DNA of 64,000 nt from an uncultured Actinomycetes bacterium (GCA_963821935.1 CAWGFM010000005.1:325222-389221), one strand, 5' to 3'; numbered from the stretch's first letter, positions 15,260 to 25,412 are shown. Translations and numbers: made by a program. The notes: generated by a model from the sequence alone, not told the origin.

Positions 15260-15421
15260 CGCGCCTCCTGACAGAAATGAACGCGTCCCCGCAGACAGCG
15301 GAGACGCGTCTCGTGGAGCGCGAAGCGTCTTCGTTTCTCAGCCTCGGCAGGTACCCCGGGTGGGGATTGTGCGCACTCGCCCCTGCTGTCTGCGGCCCGG
15401 GAAGGATAGCAGCCGGGTCGG
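15260..15421 (-). promoter_or_regulatory. Structured rplJ 5' leader (L10-leader-like candidate)
   Basis: 162-nt gap upstream of rplJ. Long-range 11-bp perfect complementarity between CCGCAGACAGC (15288-15298) and GCTGTCTGCGG (15384-15394) closes a domain of about 85 nt. There is an internal 12-nt palindrome, GAGACGCGTCTC. RBS GGAGG lies before the ATG. Confidence 0.4.
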
Positions 15422-18115
15422 CTACGGCGTCGCGCGGGGCGCAGCGTCATCGGGGGGATGGGCGGCGGCCACCCCCAGCCGGGGGTCAAGGCTCACCGCG
15501 GTCTCCAGATGGCTGACCGCGAGATCCATCTCGTTCGCATCGCGGTAGAGCAGGCCCAGGCGCAGGTGAGCCCGAGCATCGTCGGGCGCGGCCGTCACCA
15601 CGCGTTCGAGGAGGTCGATCGCCTCCTGCGTCGCCCCCAGACCGGCTCGGAGCATCGCCAGGTCGGACAAGGCCGGGACGGAGCCGGGGTCGGCATCGAG
15701 GGCCGCCCGCCAATAGCGTTCAGCCGAGGCGACCCGGCCTGCGTCATGCTCGATCGCACCCAGCCGGTAGTTGGCCTCCTCATCCCCTGGACGGGCGTCC
15801 AGCACGGCCCGGTACTGCTCCGATGCACCGCGTGCGTCGCCGGCCTGCTCCAAGGCGATCCCTTCCCGAAGCGCCAGATCGGGGTCGATGGCCTCTCCGC
15901 ACGACGACGCCCCACCCGCGAGCCCGACGATGACGAGCGCGGCGACGGCCGAGGTCGCCGTCCGGTGCGAGGCTCCGGTTCGAGCCCGTCGACGACCTCG
16001 AGACCCCATGAACCACAGCCCGACGATCGCCAGGATCCCCAGGGCGATGAGCGGGCCCGTGAAGGGGAACGGCTCGTAGGACAAGGCGACCTCATGACGG
16101 CCCTCCGGCACGCGGACACCCACGAATGCGGGAGCCAGCATCTCGGTCGGCACCTCGACGCCGTCGACCGTCGCCGAGAACCTGGGGTCGAACGAGACCT
16201 TGAACAGGACCGCCGCGTCGCGCGAGAGATCGACGGTGCCGGCGAACGTTCCGGCCTGGGGCTCGGCGGCTGCGCTGAGCACGTCACCGGCCCGCCCCGG
16301 CAGTTCGTCAGCACCCAGGGTCGGCTCGGCTGCCGCCGCGGAGCCGAACGCGATGGTGGGCAGGTAGCGCCGGGCGAACAGACCGGAGTCGAGGATCGAA
16401 GCGGTCTGCTGACCCAGGTTCCGGCGATCGGCAGCCACCGGCGCGATCGTGTCGACGACCTCCAGGTATCGCACGTCGGCCATCTCGTACAGCACGTGCC
16501 GGCCAGCCCGAGCCACCGGTTGGGCGTCGGGGAGCGGGTTGGTCTGCGGCCGTATCACGTACCGGACCCCGAAGAGCCGGCGGTGATCGAGCGACGTGCC
16601 ATCGAACCGGTACTCGGCGGGGGATGCCATCGACCACGTGGGTCGTGTGAACCCGATGGCGTCGACCTGCAGGTTGAGGAGCGCCGCGAACGACGGCACC
16701 TGTCCGATGCGGTATCTCGATGCGGCGGGTCCTCGCATCTCCGAGAAGATCCGTCCCGGTTCCCCGGATCGTGCGCGCTCGACGAGCGCCTCGAATCCGA
16801 CGCCGTCCGTGGCTTCGAACGCGGCCTGCTCATCGATCCAGCGCGCGCCCTGCCGTTCGTATCGGAACCGTTCGATCACGGCGGGCGCCAACAGGAACAC
16901 GGCCAGGACCGCGACCACCGCGACGACGATCGCGGGGGAACGCCGGCGTGATGGCGTCCAGCGCTGTACCAACCGAGACGCGAGGACGGCCAGGAGGGTC
17001 ATACCCGTGCCCGCGAGGTAGATCCCGGCCAGGTGGACACCGCTGATGAACCTGCGCAGGAACAGGTCCGGGCCGCCGGGGAGCAGATCGATGACCGGGC
17101 CCAGCGTGGGCCTGCCGAAGAACAACAGGAGCGAGACGAGCGCGAGGCCGATCAGCACCCGCGCCGGCTCACGTCGCCGCGCCTGCACGATCGCGAACGC
17201 CAACCCGACGCACACGAGCGCCGTGACGACCGGCAGGCGCCCCCGATCGAAGATGCCGCCGGTCCCCAGCCACGTCAGGATCTGCCTGGCTCCGAACGAG
17301 TCGTAGTAGATGGTGCCTCTGCTGAACTCGTCGTTCACGGTCCAGCCGGCATCGGCGATCAACGGCACGAGCATCCACGAGCTGGCCAGCAGTCCGCCGC
17401 CCACCACGATCGCTGCGCGCCCGAGTCTGGGCAACAGCTGGCGCGGCGCGACGAGTGCGAACACCGGGATGCAGCACAGCGCCAAGTACCCCGTGAGCAG
17501 GTGGAAGCAGATCGTGAGCGCGAGCGCCAGCGCCGCCAGCCACAGTGACTTCCCGGTGCTCACGGCGCGCCAGCCAAGACCCCAGGCGAACGGCAACGCC
17601 CACATGCCCCAGAGCTGCGCCCAGGTCCCGGACCCTCGCCAGACGTAGCTCCCCCACTCATACCCCAGCCCCGGCTCGCTCGACAGCAGGGGCGAGACCG
17701 CGGCGGCAGCCGCGGCGGGCCACCGTCCCAGTCCCAGGAGCCGTCCGCCCGCGTAGACCGAGACCGGCCAGCACGCCAGCAGGAGATAGAGCGACCACCG
17801 GAACGTCACGTCGCCGCCCGCGAGCGAGATCGTGCCCGTCACGATGTGGGGAAGCGACTGATAGTGGTGGAAGCGGCTCGCACCCAGGGACAGGTATGGG
17901 TACCAGCCATCGAATGGCATGTGGCCGTCGCGGATCCGATCCCCGGCCCACCGGACCATTGATCGATGGATCGACGCGTCGTTCAGGTACCAGACATCAC
18001 GTTGCTCAGGCCACAGCACCACCAACCCGAACACGACCGCGGCACCGACCAGGGCCAGCGGTGCGCGACGAGTCAGGCCGGTGGCGGTTCGTGAGTGAGC
18101 GGATCGCGCACTCAA
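15422..18115 (-). CDS. Polytopic membrane protein (GT-C-like glycosyltransferase candidate) with a C-terminal TPR domain
   Basis: 897-aa ORF. At least 10 hydrophobic helices lie in the N-terminal ~400 aa, with a conserved-looking first loop (YLNDASIHRSMVRWAGDRIRDGHMPFDGWYPY). A late TM follows, then TPR-like repeats (AEQYRAVLDARPGDEEANYRLGAIEHDAG...ARAHLRLGLLYRDANEMDLAVSHLETAVSLDP). Confidence 0.75.
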   Translation of the reverse strand: MSARSAHSRTATGLTRRAPLALVGAAVVFGLVVLWPEQRDVWYLNDASIHRSMVRWAGDRIRDGHMPFDGWYPYLSLGASRFHHYQSLPHIVTGTISLAGGDVTFRWSLYLLLACWPVSVYAGGRLLGLGRWPAAAAAAVSPLLSSEPGLGYEWGSYVWRGSGTWAQLWGMWALPFAWGLGWRAVSTGKSLWLAALALALTICFHLLTGYLALCCIPVFALVAPRQLLPRLGRAAIVVGGGLLASSWMLVPLIADAGWTVNDEFSRGTIYYDSFGARQILTWLGTGGIFDRGRLPVVTALVCVGLAFAIVQARRREPARVLIGLALVSLLLFFGRPTLGPVIDLLPGGPDLFLRRFISGVHLAGIYLAGTGMTLLAVLASRLVQRWTPSRRRSPAIVVAVVAVLAVFLLAPAVIERFRYERQGARWIDEQAAFEATDGVGFEALVERARSGEPGRIFSEMRGPAASRYRIGQVPSFAALLNLQVDAIGFTRPTWSMASPAEYRFDGTSLDHRRLFGVRYVIRPQTNPLPDAQPVARAGRHVLYEMADVRYLEVVDTIAPVAADRRNLGQQTASILDSGLFARRYLPTIAFGSAAAAEPTLGADELPGRAGDVLSAAAEPQAGTFAGTVDLSRDAAVLFKVSFDPRFSATVDGVEVPTEMLAPAFVGVRVPEGRHEVALSYEPFPFTGPLIALGILAIVGLWFMGSRGRRRARTGASHRTATSAVAALVIVGLAGGASSCGEAIDPDLALREGIALEQAGDARGASEQYRAVLDARPGDEEANYRLGAIEHDAGRVASAERYWRAALDADPGSVPALSDLAMLRAGLGATQEAIDLLERVVTAAPDDARAHLRLGLLYRDANEMDLAVSHLETAVSLDPRLGVAAAHPPDDAAPRATP

Positions 18116-18133
18116 CGAACGGCAGACATGGGA

Positions 18134-18856
18134 TCAGCCGGAGGCGGATGCCGCGATCTCGATGTCCCTGGGGTGGGTGGGGTCGATCCGCACCCCCGGG
18201 CCCATGGTGGACGAGACCACCAAGGTCTTGATGTAGCGGCCCTTGGCCGATGACGGCTTGGCCTTCAGGATCTCCTCGACGGCGGTGAGGTAGTTCTCGA
18301 GCAGCTCCTGTTCCGCGAACGACTTCTTGCCGATCACCATGTGGACGTTGCCGGTCCTGTCCGCCCGGTACTCGACCTTGCCGCCCTTGATGTCGGCGAC
18401 CGCCTTGCTGATGTCCATGGTCACCGTGCCGGTCTTGGGGTTGGGCATCAGGCCGCGTGGCCCCAGGACCCTGCCGGCCTTCCCGACCGCGGCCATCATG
18501 TCGGGTGTCGCGACGGCCGCATCGAAATCGATCTCGCCCTTCATGACGATCTCGACGAGTTCTTCGCCGCCCACGACGTCGGCTCCGGCTTCGGTCGCCT
18601 CTCGAGCCTTCTCGCCGGTGGCGAACACCCCGACGCGAACGGTCTGACCGGTGCCGTTGGGCAACGAGACCGTGCCACGCAACGTCTGATCGGCCTTGCG
18701 CGTATCGACGCCCAGCCGGAACGCGACCTCCACGGTCTCATCGAACTTGGCGTCGGGCAGGGACTTCAAGATCTTGAAGGCTTGCGCCGGTTGATACTCC
18801 TGCTCGGCGTCGAACGTGCCGGCCGCCTCCCGATAGCGCTTGCCGTGCTCGCTCAT
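18134..18856 (-). CDS. rplA: 50S ribosomal protein L1
   Basis: 240-aa [54 protein letters not shown]; 4-nt overlap with the rplK stop. Confidence 0.97.
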   Translation of the reverse strand: MSEHGKRYREAAGTFDAEQEYQPAQAFKILKSLPDAKFDETVEVAFRLGVDTRKADQTLRGTVSLPNGTGQTVRVGVFATGEKAREATEAGADVVGGEELVEIVMKGEIDFDAAVATPDMMAAVGKAGRVLGPRGLMPNPKTGTVTMDISKAVADIKGGKVEYRADRTGNVHMVIGKKSFAEQELLENYLTAVEEILKAKPSSAKGRYIKTLVVSSTMGPGVRIDPTHPRDIEIAASASG

Positions 18857-19296
18857 GCCCGGCCCCCGATCACGTCGACCCCCATGCTTCGGGCGGTGCC
18901 CGCGATGATCCTCATGGCGTTATCGATGTCGTTGGCGTTGAGGTCGGCCATCTTCGCCTCGGCGATCTCGCGAAGTTGCGCTTGCGAGAGGGTGGCCACC
19001 TTGTTGCGGTTGGGCACGTCCGAACCGGTCTCGATGCCCGCGGCCTGCTTGATGAGCTCAGCGGCCGGCGGCTGCTTCGTGATGAAGGAGAACGAGCGGT
19101 CCTCGTAGATGGTGAGCTCGACGGGGATGACCTGGCCGGCCTGCTGTTGGGTTGCCTCGTTGTACTGCTTGCAGAAATCCATGATGTTCACGCCGTGCTG
19201 CCCCAGAGCGGTCCCCACCGGTGGCGCGGGAGTGGCCTGGCCGGCCTGGATCTGCAGCTTGACGTTCGCCAGCACTTTCTTGTTCTTGGGTGGCAT
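18853..19296 (-). CDS. rplK: 50S ribosomal protein L11
   Basis: [52 protein letters not shown] at 19296 is preferred over the track's GTG at 19302 because AGGAGG sits 8 nt upstream. Confidence 0.96.
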   Translation of the reverse strand: MPPKNKKVLANVKLQIQAGQATPAPPVGTALGQHGVNIMDFCKQYNEATQQQAGQVIPVELTIYEDRSFSFITKQPPAAELIKQAAGIETGSDVPNRNKVATLSQAQLREIAEAKMADLNANDIDNAMRIIAGTARSMGVDVIGGRA

Positions 19297-19410
19297 GTGC
19301 ACTACCTCCTGCGGTTCGAACGGCTCTGGTGAGCCTCCCGCTGTCTCGCTCTCCTTCGGGGCTACGCTCGGCTGGCGCCTCGCTGCTTGAGCCCCACTGC
19401 TCCTTCGGGG

Positions 19411-20205
19411 CTACACCTTCGAGACCTGGTCGAAGCCCAGCTCCACCGGCGTCTCGCGGTCGAAGATGTTGACCAGGACCTTCAGCTTGGCTTGCTCGGC
19501 GTTGATCTCGCTGATCGTGCCGTTGAAGTCGGCGAATGGGCCGGAGATGATCCGCACCACGTCGTCCACCTCGAACCCCAGACGGATCTGCGGCTTGGCC
19601 TCTTCCTTCTTGACGACCAAGATCTTCTCGACCTCACGCCGGCTCAACGGCGTGGGCTTGGAGCCGGTTCCGGCCGACACGAACCCGGTCACTCCGGGGG
19701 TGTTCCGCACGACGTACCACGAGTCGTTGTCGTAGAGCATCTTCACCAGCAGGTAGCCGGGGAAGACCTTCTTCTGGACGACCTGCTTCTTGCCGCCCTT
19801 GATCTCCATGACGTCTTCCATGGGGATGTGGACGTTGAAGATCTTGCCCTCCATCTGCATGGTGTGGATGCGCGACTCGAGGTTGGTCTTGACCTTGTTC
19901 TCGTAGCCCGCATAGGTGTGCACCACGTACCAGTCGCCCGGACCCTCGAACGGGTCGTCGCTGGCGGGCTCATCCACGGAGACCTCCACCGGCTCAGGTT
20001 CGGGGGTCGGCTCAGGCTCGGGCTCGGGGGTCGGCTCAGGCTCAGGTTCGGGGGTCGGCTCAGGCTCGGGCTCGGGGGTCGGCTCAGGCTCGGCGGTTGC
20101 TTGCGCGCCCGTGTCGATCGGGAGCTCGCCGTCGCCCTGCATCGCTTCCATCTCGAGGTACTCGGACTCAGCGGTCGGCTGGTCCGGTTCAGTGGCGTTT
20201 TCCAT
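19411..20205 (-). CDS. nusG: Transcription termination/antitermination factor NusG with a repetitive acidic N-terminal extension
   Basis: The track ORF (401 aa) over-extends across secE and tRNA-Trp. Start trimmed to ATG 20205 (MENATEPDQ...). The NGN/KOW core is [19 protein letters not shown]...FPGYLLVKM...[19 protein letters not shown]. Confidence 0.9.
   Translation of the reverse strand: MENATEPDQPTAESEYLEMEAMQGDGELPIDTGAQATAEPEPTPEPEPEPTPEPEPEPTPEPEPEPTPEPEPVEVSVDEPASDDPFEGPGDWYVVHTYAGYENKVKTNLESRIHTMQMEGKIFNVHIPMEDVMEIKGGKKQVVQKKVFPGYLLVKMLYDNDSWYVVRNTPGVTGFVSAGTGSKPTPLSRREVEKILVVKKEEAKPQIRLGFEVDDVVRIISGPFADFNGTISEINAEQAKLKVLVNIFDRETPVELGFDQVSKV
19991..20096. repeat. 24-nt tandem repeat (about 4 units) inside nusG, encoding (EPEPEPTP)n
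   Basis: ggctcaggctcgggctcgggggtc-type units repeated head to tail. Translated: [34 protein letters not shown]. Confidence 0.85.
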
Positions 20206-20237
20206 GGGTTCCTTCGGGTCGCGGATCGGTGAGGGAT

Positions 20238-20546
20238 CTAGAACAGATTGAAGATCGCCCTCGCGAACAGGTAGTCGAGCACGAAGACGAAGGCGGTGGT
20301 CACGACCAGTGTCGCCAGCACCACGACGGTGTAGGAGATCAACTCGCGGCGGTTGGGCCAGTCGACCTTCTTGAGCTCCTGGCGGACCTCCTTCAGGAAC
20401 TGGCGGGCGCCGGTTCGCTTGCGCTTCTTCTCCTGCTGCACCTGGGCTCGGCGGCTGGCGGCGGCCGGCGCGGACGGACGGTCGCCGCCCGAGCGCTTCT
20501 GTTGGCGCTCGGCGCGCTCCTGCATCCGCTTCATCTGTCGGTTCAT
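20238..20546 (-). CDS. secE: Preprotein translocase subunit SecE
   Basis: Start trimmed to [10 protein letters not shown] (ATG 20546) so it does not overlap tRNA-Trp. C-terminal TM plus conserved [28 protein letters not shown]. Confidence 0.85.
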   Translation of the reverse strand: MNRQMKRMQERAERQQKRSGGDRPSAPAAASRRAQVQQEKKRKRTGARQFLKEVRQELKKVDWPNRRELISYTVVVLATLVVTTAFVFVLDYLFARAIFNLF

Positions 20547-20558
20547 GGTGCTCCCTTG

Positions 20559-20632
20559 CAGGCGCGGAGGGACTTGAACCCCCAACCGCCGGTTTTGGAG
20601 ACCGGTGCTCTACCAAATTGAGCTACGCGCCT
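20559..20632 (-). tRNA. trpT: tRNA-Trp (CCA anticodon)
   Basis: Manual cloverleaf: AGGCGCG/CGCGCCT acceptor, GCTC..GAGC D-arm, CCGGT-CTCCAAA-ACCGG anticodon arm, GGGGG-TTCAAGT-CCCTC T-arm. Canonical position upstream of secE. Confidence 0.9.
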
Positions 20633-20848
20633 CCGCCGATCCGCTTCACCCCAGTATGAAGCACGGAGGGACTTGCGGAGGCACCAGTATAGGGTCCACG
20701 GCGAAAGCCCGGCAAAGACCGATCACCGGCTTCCAAGGCTCCTTCCACCGACGCATTTTTCGCGCTGGGAGATGCGTGAGTCTGCCCAGGTCGTGCCCTA
20801 TGCTCCTGGCGACGCACCCCGCGGCGGCCCCGGATCGCGAGCGACGTC

Positions 20849-22330
20849 ATGGAAGAGCACGGCCCCACCGAACTCCCGCCCCAGGGAGGGCCTCGCCGAC
20901 CGTGGCGGCGGGCTGATCCCATCGAGGGACTCCGCATGAACGCGGACGAGCAACGGATCGCCTCATCCGTCGAGCGTGTCGTGGACGAACGGCTCACCGA
21001 CGGGCTGACGGCGATCCAAGAACAGGCCACCGGCTTGATGCGCGAGGTCGCAGGCGAGGTCTGGCGCGCCTCGGGCACCGACGGTCGCCCCGAGCAAGAA
21101 CGCATCGTCTCGCTGCTGTCGCGTGACCAAGCCATCCGAGGCTTGCTGGCGTCCAGCGATGAGCGGTTCCAAGCACTCGCGCTGCGCACCGCAAGGCTGG
21201 AGGATTCGCTCACGGAGCTCGCCACCACCGGCCGTGCCTCTCGCGAAGCGATGCAGGAGTCGCTGAGCGCGATCCGCACGATCGCGGAATCGCCCACGCT
21301 GCACGGCGTGGACATCGTGCGCACGCAACTGGAGCAGGTGGAGCATCACATCGCGGCGGCCTTCGAACACTTCGATGAACGGGATCGAGCTCTCACCGGC
21401 GAGGTCATGGGGCAGGTCAAGGCACACGGTGAGCTCATCGCCAGGGAGACCGCGGCGCTCGTCGAGGCCATGCAGGAGTACGTGCAGACCGGAGCCGAGG
21501 CCATGGCCATCCTGGCCCGGCACGTGGAAGAGCAAACGGAAGCGTTCACGGTGCAGGACATCACCATCTCCGAGCATGTCGGCGACATGGTGACGTCCCA
21601 GATCAGGCCCGTCGCCGAACAGCTCGAGCTCCTCGCCGAGAAGGTCGGCCTGCACGGGCGCGACCAGGACCAGGTCCGTGCGGCCGTGGAGCGGCTGGTC
21701 GAAGCCAGGATCATGGGGCTCGCTCAGCTGATCAGGTCGGACTCCGAAGCGCTGCGTGGCGTGATCAACGAGCAGGCGGACAACCAGGTGGAAGCGCTCC
21801 GCGAAGCCGTCGACTGGCGCATGGCCGCGTTCGCCGAGCGCATCGACGAGAAGTTGGAGCTGGCTGCCGATCAGGTGGCGAACCGGGCAAGCGGAGCAGC
21901 CGACGGTGCGGTCGAAGATCGCATGCGCGCTCACATCGACGACCGCATCACCGCCGTCGCCCGTCTGATCCGCGCCGACAACCAGGCGTTGGCGCAAGCG
22001 TTCCAGGACCAGCACGCGACCCCCGCGGCCGAGGCGATGGACCCCGAGCTCCTGCGGCAGACCGTGCGAGCCATCAAGGAGTTGCAGGCCGGGCTCGCCC
22101 ACGACGTCCAGACCACCGTCGAAGGGCGGTTCCAGTCGGTGAGCGATCAGCTGCACCAGGAAACGCAGTCGACGACCGAGTCCATGATCAAGGTGGCCGA
22201 GATCCTGGGTGACAAGATCGACCGGCTGTCCGTACGGGTGGACGAGGGGTACGGCAACGAGTTGCAGGTCGTGATCGATCGCATGGGCGATGCGATCCAG
22301 GCGATGTCGTCCGTCCGTCGCCCCGCCTGA
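20849..22330 (+). CDS. Hypothetical all-alpha/coiled-coil-like protein
   Basis: 493-aa ORF (alternative ATG at 20937) with high third-position GC and balanced E/A/R/L/Q/I composition in long helical-looking segments. The antisense ORFs (20963..22417, 20623..21324) are Arg/Gly-rich shadows. No family recognised. Confidence 0.6.
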   Translation: MEEHGPTELPPQGGPRRPWRRADPIEGLRMNADEQRIASSVERVVDERLTDGLTAIQEQATGLMREVAGEVWRASGTDGRPEQERIVSLLSRDQAIRGLLASSDERFQALALRTARLEDSLTELATTGRASREAMQESLSAIRTIAESPTLHGVDIVRTQLEQVEHHIAAAFEHFDERDRALTGEVMGQVKAHGELIARETAALVEAMQEYVQTGAEAMAILARHVEEQTEAFTVQDITISEHVGDMVTSQIRPVAEQLELLAEKVGLHGRDQDQVRAAVERLVEARIMGLAQLIRSDSEALRGVINEQADNQVEALREAVDWRMAAFAERIDEKLELAADQVANRASGAADGAVEDRMRAHIDDRITAVARLIRADNQALAQAFQDQHATPAAEAMDPELLRQTVRAIKELQAGLAHDVQTTVEGRFQSVSDQLHQETQSTTESMIKVAEILGDKIDRLSVRVDEGYGNELQVVIDRMGDAIQAMSSVRRPA

Positions 22331-22337
22331 GGCAGCG

Positions 22338-22766
22338 TCAGACCAACTGCACCGCGGCTTCGCCCCGCTTGATTGGGTACTCGGTCGTGCCGAGTCGCGC
22401 CACGCTGACCCACGCATCCACCACAGCGGTTCGGGTGTGTGGGTCGAGCGACCGCACGCTGCCCCCGGCCACGATCTCTTCTCCCATCAGGACCGGAGCG
22501 CGGAACCCCGCGTTGATCCTGGTCACCGACGCCGGATCGCCGCCGGCCCACGCCACGATGCACTGCGCCATGTGGCCCATGGTGAACATGCCGTGAGCGA
22601 TGATGCCCTCGAACCCAACCGATCGGGCGAAGTCACCGTCCTGGTGCAAGGGATTCTGATCACCCGACGCATCCGCGTACGCTTTGACGTCGCCCAGTGT
22701 GACGACGCGGCGCAGCTCGGGCAGTGGATCGCCCACCGCCACCTCGTCGAACGAGCGTCGCGTCAC
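22338..22766 (-). CDS. MaoC-like (R)-specific dehydratase, HadB-like subunit
   Basis: 142-aa hot-dog fold ORF with the hydratase 2 motif region YADASGDQNPLHQDGDFARSVGFEGIIAHGM. 4-nt overlap with the upstream MaoC-like gene. Confidence 0.85.
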   Translation of the reverse strand: MTRRSFDEVAVGDPLPELRRVVTLGDVKAYADASGDQNPLHQDGDFARSVGFEGIIAHGMFTMGHMAQCIVAWAGGDPASVTRINAGFRAPVLMGEEIVAGGSVRSLDPHTRTAVVDAWVSVARLGTTEYPIKRGEAAVQLV

Positions 22767-23158
22767 GATGCTGATCGCTCGATCATGGTGGAGCGACAGG
22801 AGGACACGATCTCACCGCCGTCGTCGACGAGATCGAGCGCGATCGTCAGGAACCCATTGCCGGAGCGGATCTTCACCGAGTCCAGCCGGGCGCGCACCGT
22901 GAGCGTTTCGCCCACGCGCAGCGGCCTCGCGAACCGATACTCCTGACCTCCGTGCACCACACGGCTGAAATCGAGCTCCAACCCGGGGTCGGCCACGATG
23001 CGAGGGAAGACGGCGAACTCCACCGCCGTCGGGAACGTCGGAGGGATGCCTGGCCCCCCGCCGAACACGTCTGCGAACGCCGTGACGCGCTCGGCGGTCA
23101 CTTCGAAGGCCACCTCGGGATAGGTGGTTCCTTCGGCGGCCGGATTCACGACGCGCAC
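22763..23158 (-). CDS. MaoC-N-like dehydratase subunit, HadA-like
   Basis: Start trimmed to GTG 23158 (VRVVNPAAEGTTYPEVAFEVTAERVTAFADVFG...VVHGGQEYRFARPLRVGETL). The longer track ORF would overlap the divergent response-regulator gene. Confidence 0.75.
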   Translation of the reverse strand: MRVVNPAAEGTTYPEVAFEVTAERVTAFADVFGGGPGIPPTFPTAVEFAVFPRIVADPGLELDFSRVVHGGQEYRFARPLRVGETLTVRARLDSVKIRSGNGFLTIALDLVDDGGEIVSSCRSTMIERSAS

Positions 23159-23228
23159 CGTAGCTTCGGGCTGATGCGCGTGGCAACTTGTGGGAAGGTG
23201 CGTGAAACACCGCAGGTCAGGCCATACG

Positions 23229-24008
23229 ATGCCGCTCGATATGCCGACACAACGCCAGGGAGTGCACACGGAGGAGCCCATCACCGTCGTCATCGCCGAC
23301 GATCACCGATCGTTCGGAGAAGCGCTCGAGGTGGCATTGGACAAGGAAGGCGACCTCCGTGTCATCGAGGTCGTCACCGATGGCGAGTCGGCCGTCGAGA
23401 GTGCCTCCAAGTCCCAGCCCGACGTGGTCCTGATGGATCTGCAGATGCCCGGGATCGATGGCATCGAGGCCACCAGGCGGATCCACGACGAAGCGACCGG
23501 CACCGCCGTGATCATCCTGTCCGGCCAGAACGACGAGGTGTCGTTGGCGAGGGCGATCCAGGCGGGCGCGCGCGGCTACCTGCGCAAGACCGAAGCCATC
23601 GTGGGCCTCGCCGACGCGATCCGTCGCGCCTACCGCGGAGAGCCGCTGCACACCAGCGTCGAGGTGGAGGAGTCGCTGCGCAAGCTCCGCCGGCGACGGG
23701 CGATGGACGGCAACTTGGCGCATCGCATCGAACGCCTGACCCCTCGTGAGACCGAGATCCTGCAACGCATGGCCGACGGGGATCCCCCGGAGAAGATCGC
23801 TCGCGACCTCGGCATGAGCAAGCACACGCTGCGCACCCATACGCAGAACGTGCTGACCAAGCTGGGGGTGCACTCCAAGCTGGATGCCATCGTGGCGGCG
23901 ATCCGCTACGGCAAGGTGCGGACCGTCGAGGTGGCGCCCGAAACCGATCTGGTGGGCCTGATCGAGGTGGACGACGCCGATGAAGCCCCCGAGGACGAAC
24001 CCGGCTAG
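23229..24008 (+). CDS. NarL/LuxR-family response regulator (no adjacent kinase)
   Basis: REC domain [14 protein letters not shown]...[15 protein letters not shown] and Lux[49 protein letters not shown]. Start set at MPLDMPTQ (23229); the track start is 23190. Confidence 0.85.
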   Translation: MPLDMPTQRQGVHTEEPITVVIADDHRSFGEALEVALDKEGDLRVIEVVTDGESAVESASKSQPDVVLMDLQMPGIDGIEATRRIHDEATGTAVIILSGQNDEVSLARAIQAGARGYLRKTEAIVGLADAIRRAYRGEPLHTSVEVEESLRKLRRRRAMDGNLAHRIERLTPRETEILQRMADGDPPEKIARDLGMSKHTLRTHTQNVLTKLGVHSKLDAIVAAIRYGKVRTVEVAPETDLVGLIEVDDADEAPEDEPG

Positions 24009-24169
24009 CGGGTTTCGCGGTGCAGGGTGTGGGCCCGGCACCACCGGCAGTACTTCTTGAGCTCGATGCGATCACGATCGTTGACCTTGTTCTTGACCGT
24101 GTTGTAGTTGCGCCGCTTGCAGTCGGTGCACGCGAGCGTGATCTTCGGTCGATTGTCTGCCTTCGCCAT
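24005..24169 (-). CDS. rpmG: 50S ribosomal protein L33
   Basis: Not in the ORF track (54 aa). Manual translation: [54 protein letters not shown], with the CxxC...CxxC zinc-ribbon form of L33. Confidence 0.9.
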   Translation of the reverse strand: MAKADNRPKITLACTDCKRRNYNTVKNKVNDRDRIELKKYCRWCRAHTLHRETR

Positions 24170-24227
24170 GGTGTCGTGTCCTTACTCGTACCCTCAGCTG
24201 GGTTCCCGGCTGGATCGAATGGTCAAG

Positions 24228-25412
<1,185 letters not shown>

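Noticed and set aside
19985-20100. Regular short repeats that might be mistaken for a CRISPR-like or minisatellite array
   Set aside because: The units are contiguous with no spacers, in frame, and translate to a PE-rich low-complexity segment inside nusG. No CRISPR array or cas gene occurs anywhere in the window.
19411-20616. 401-aa extended nusG ORF and 115-aa extended secE ORF from the track
   Set aside because: The extensions run through secE and tRNA-Trp. Internal ATG starts (20205 for nusG, 20546 for secE) give normal proteins without overlapping the tRNA.
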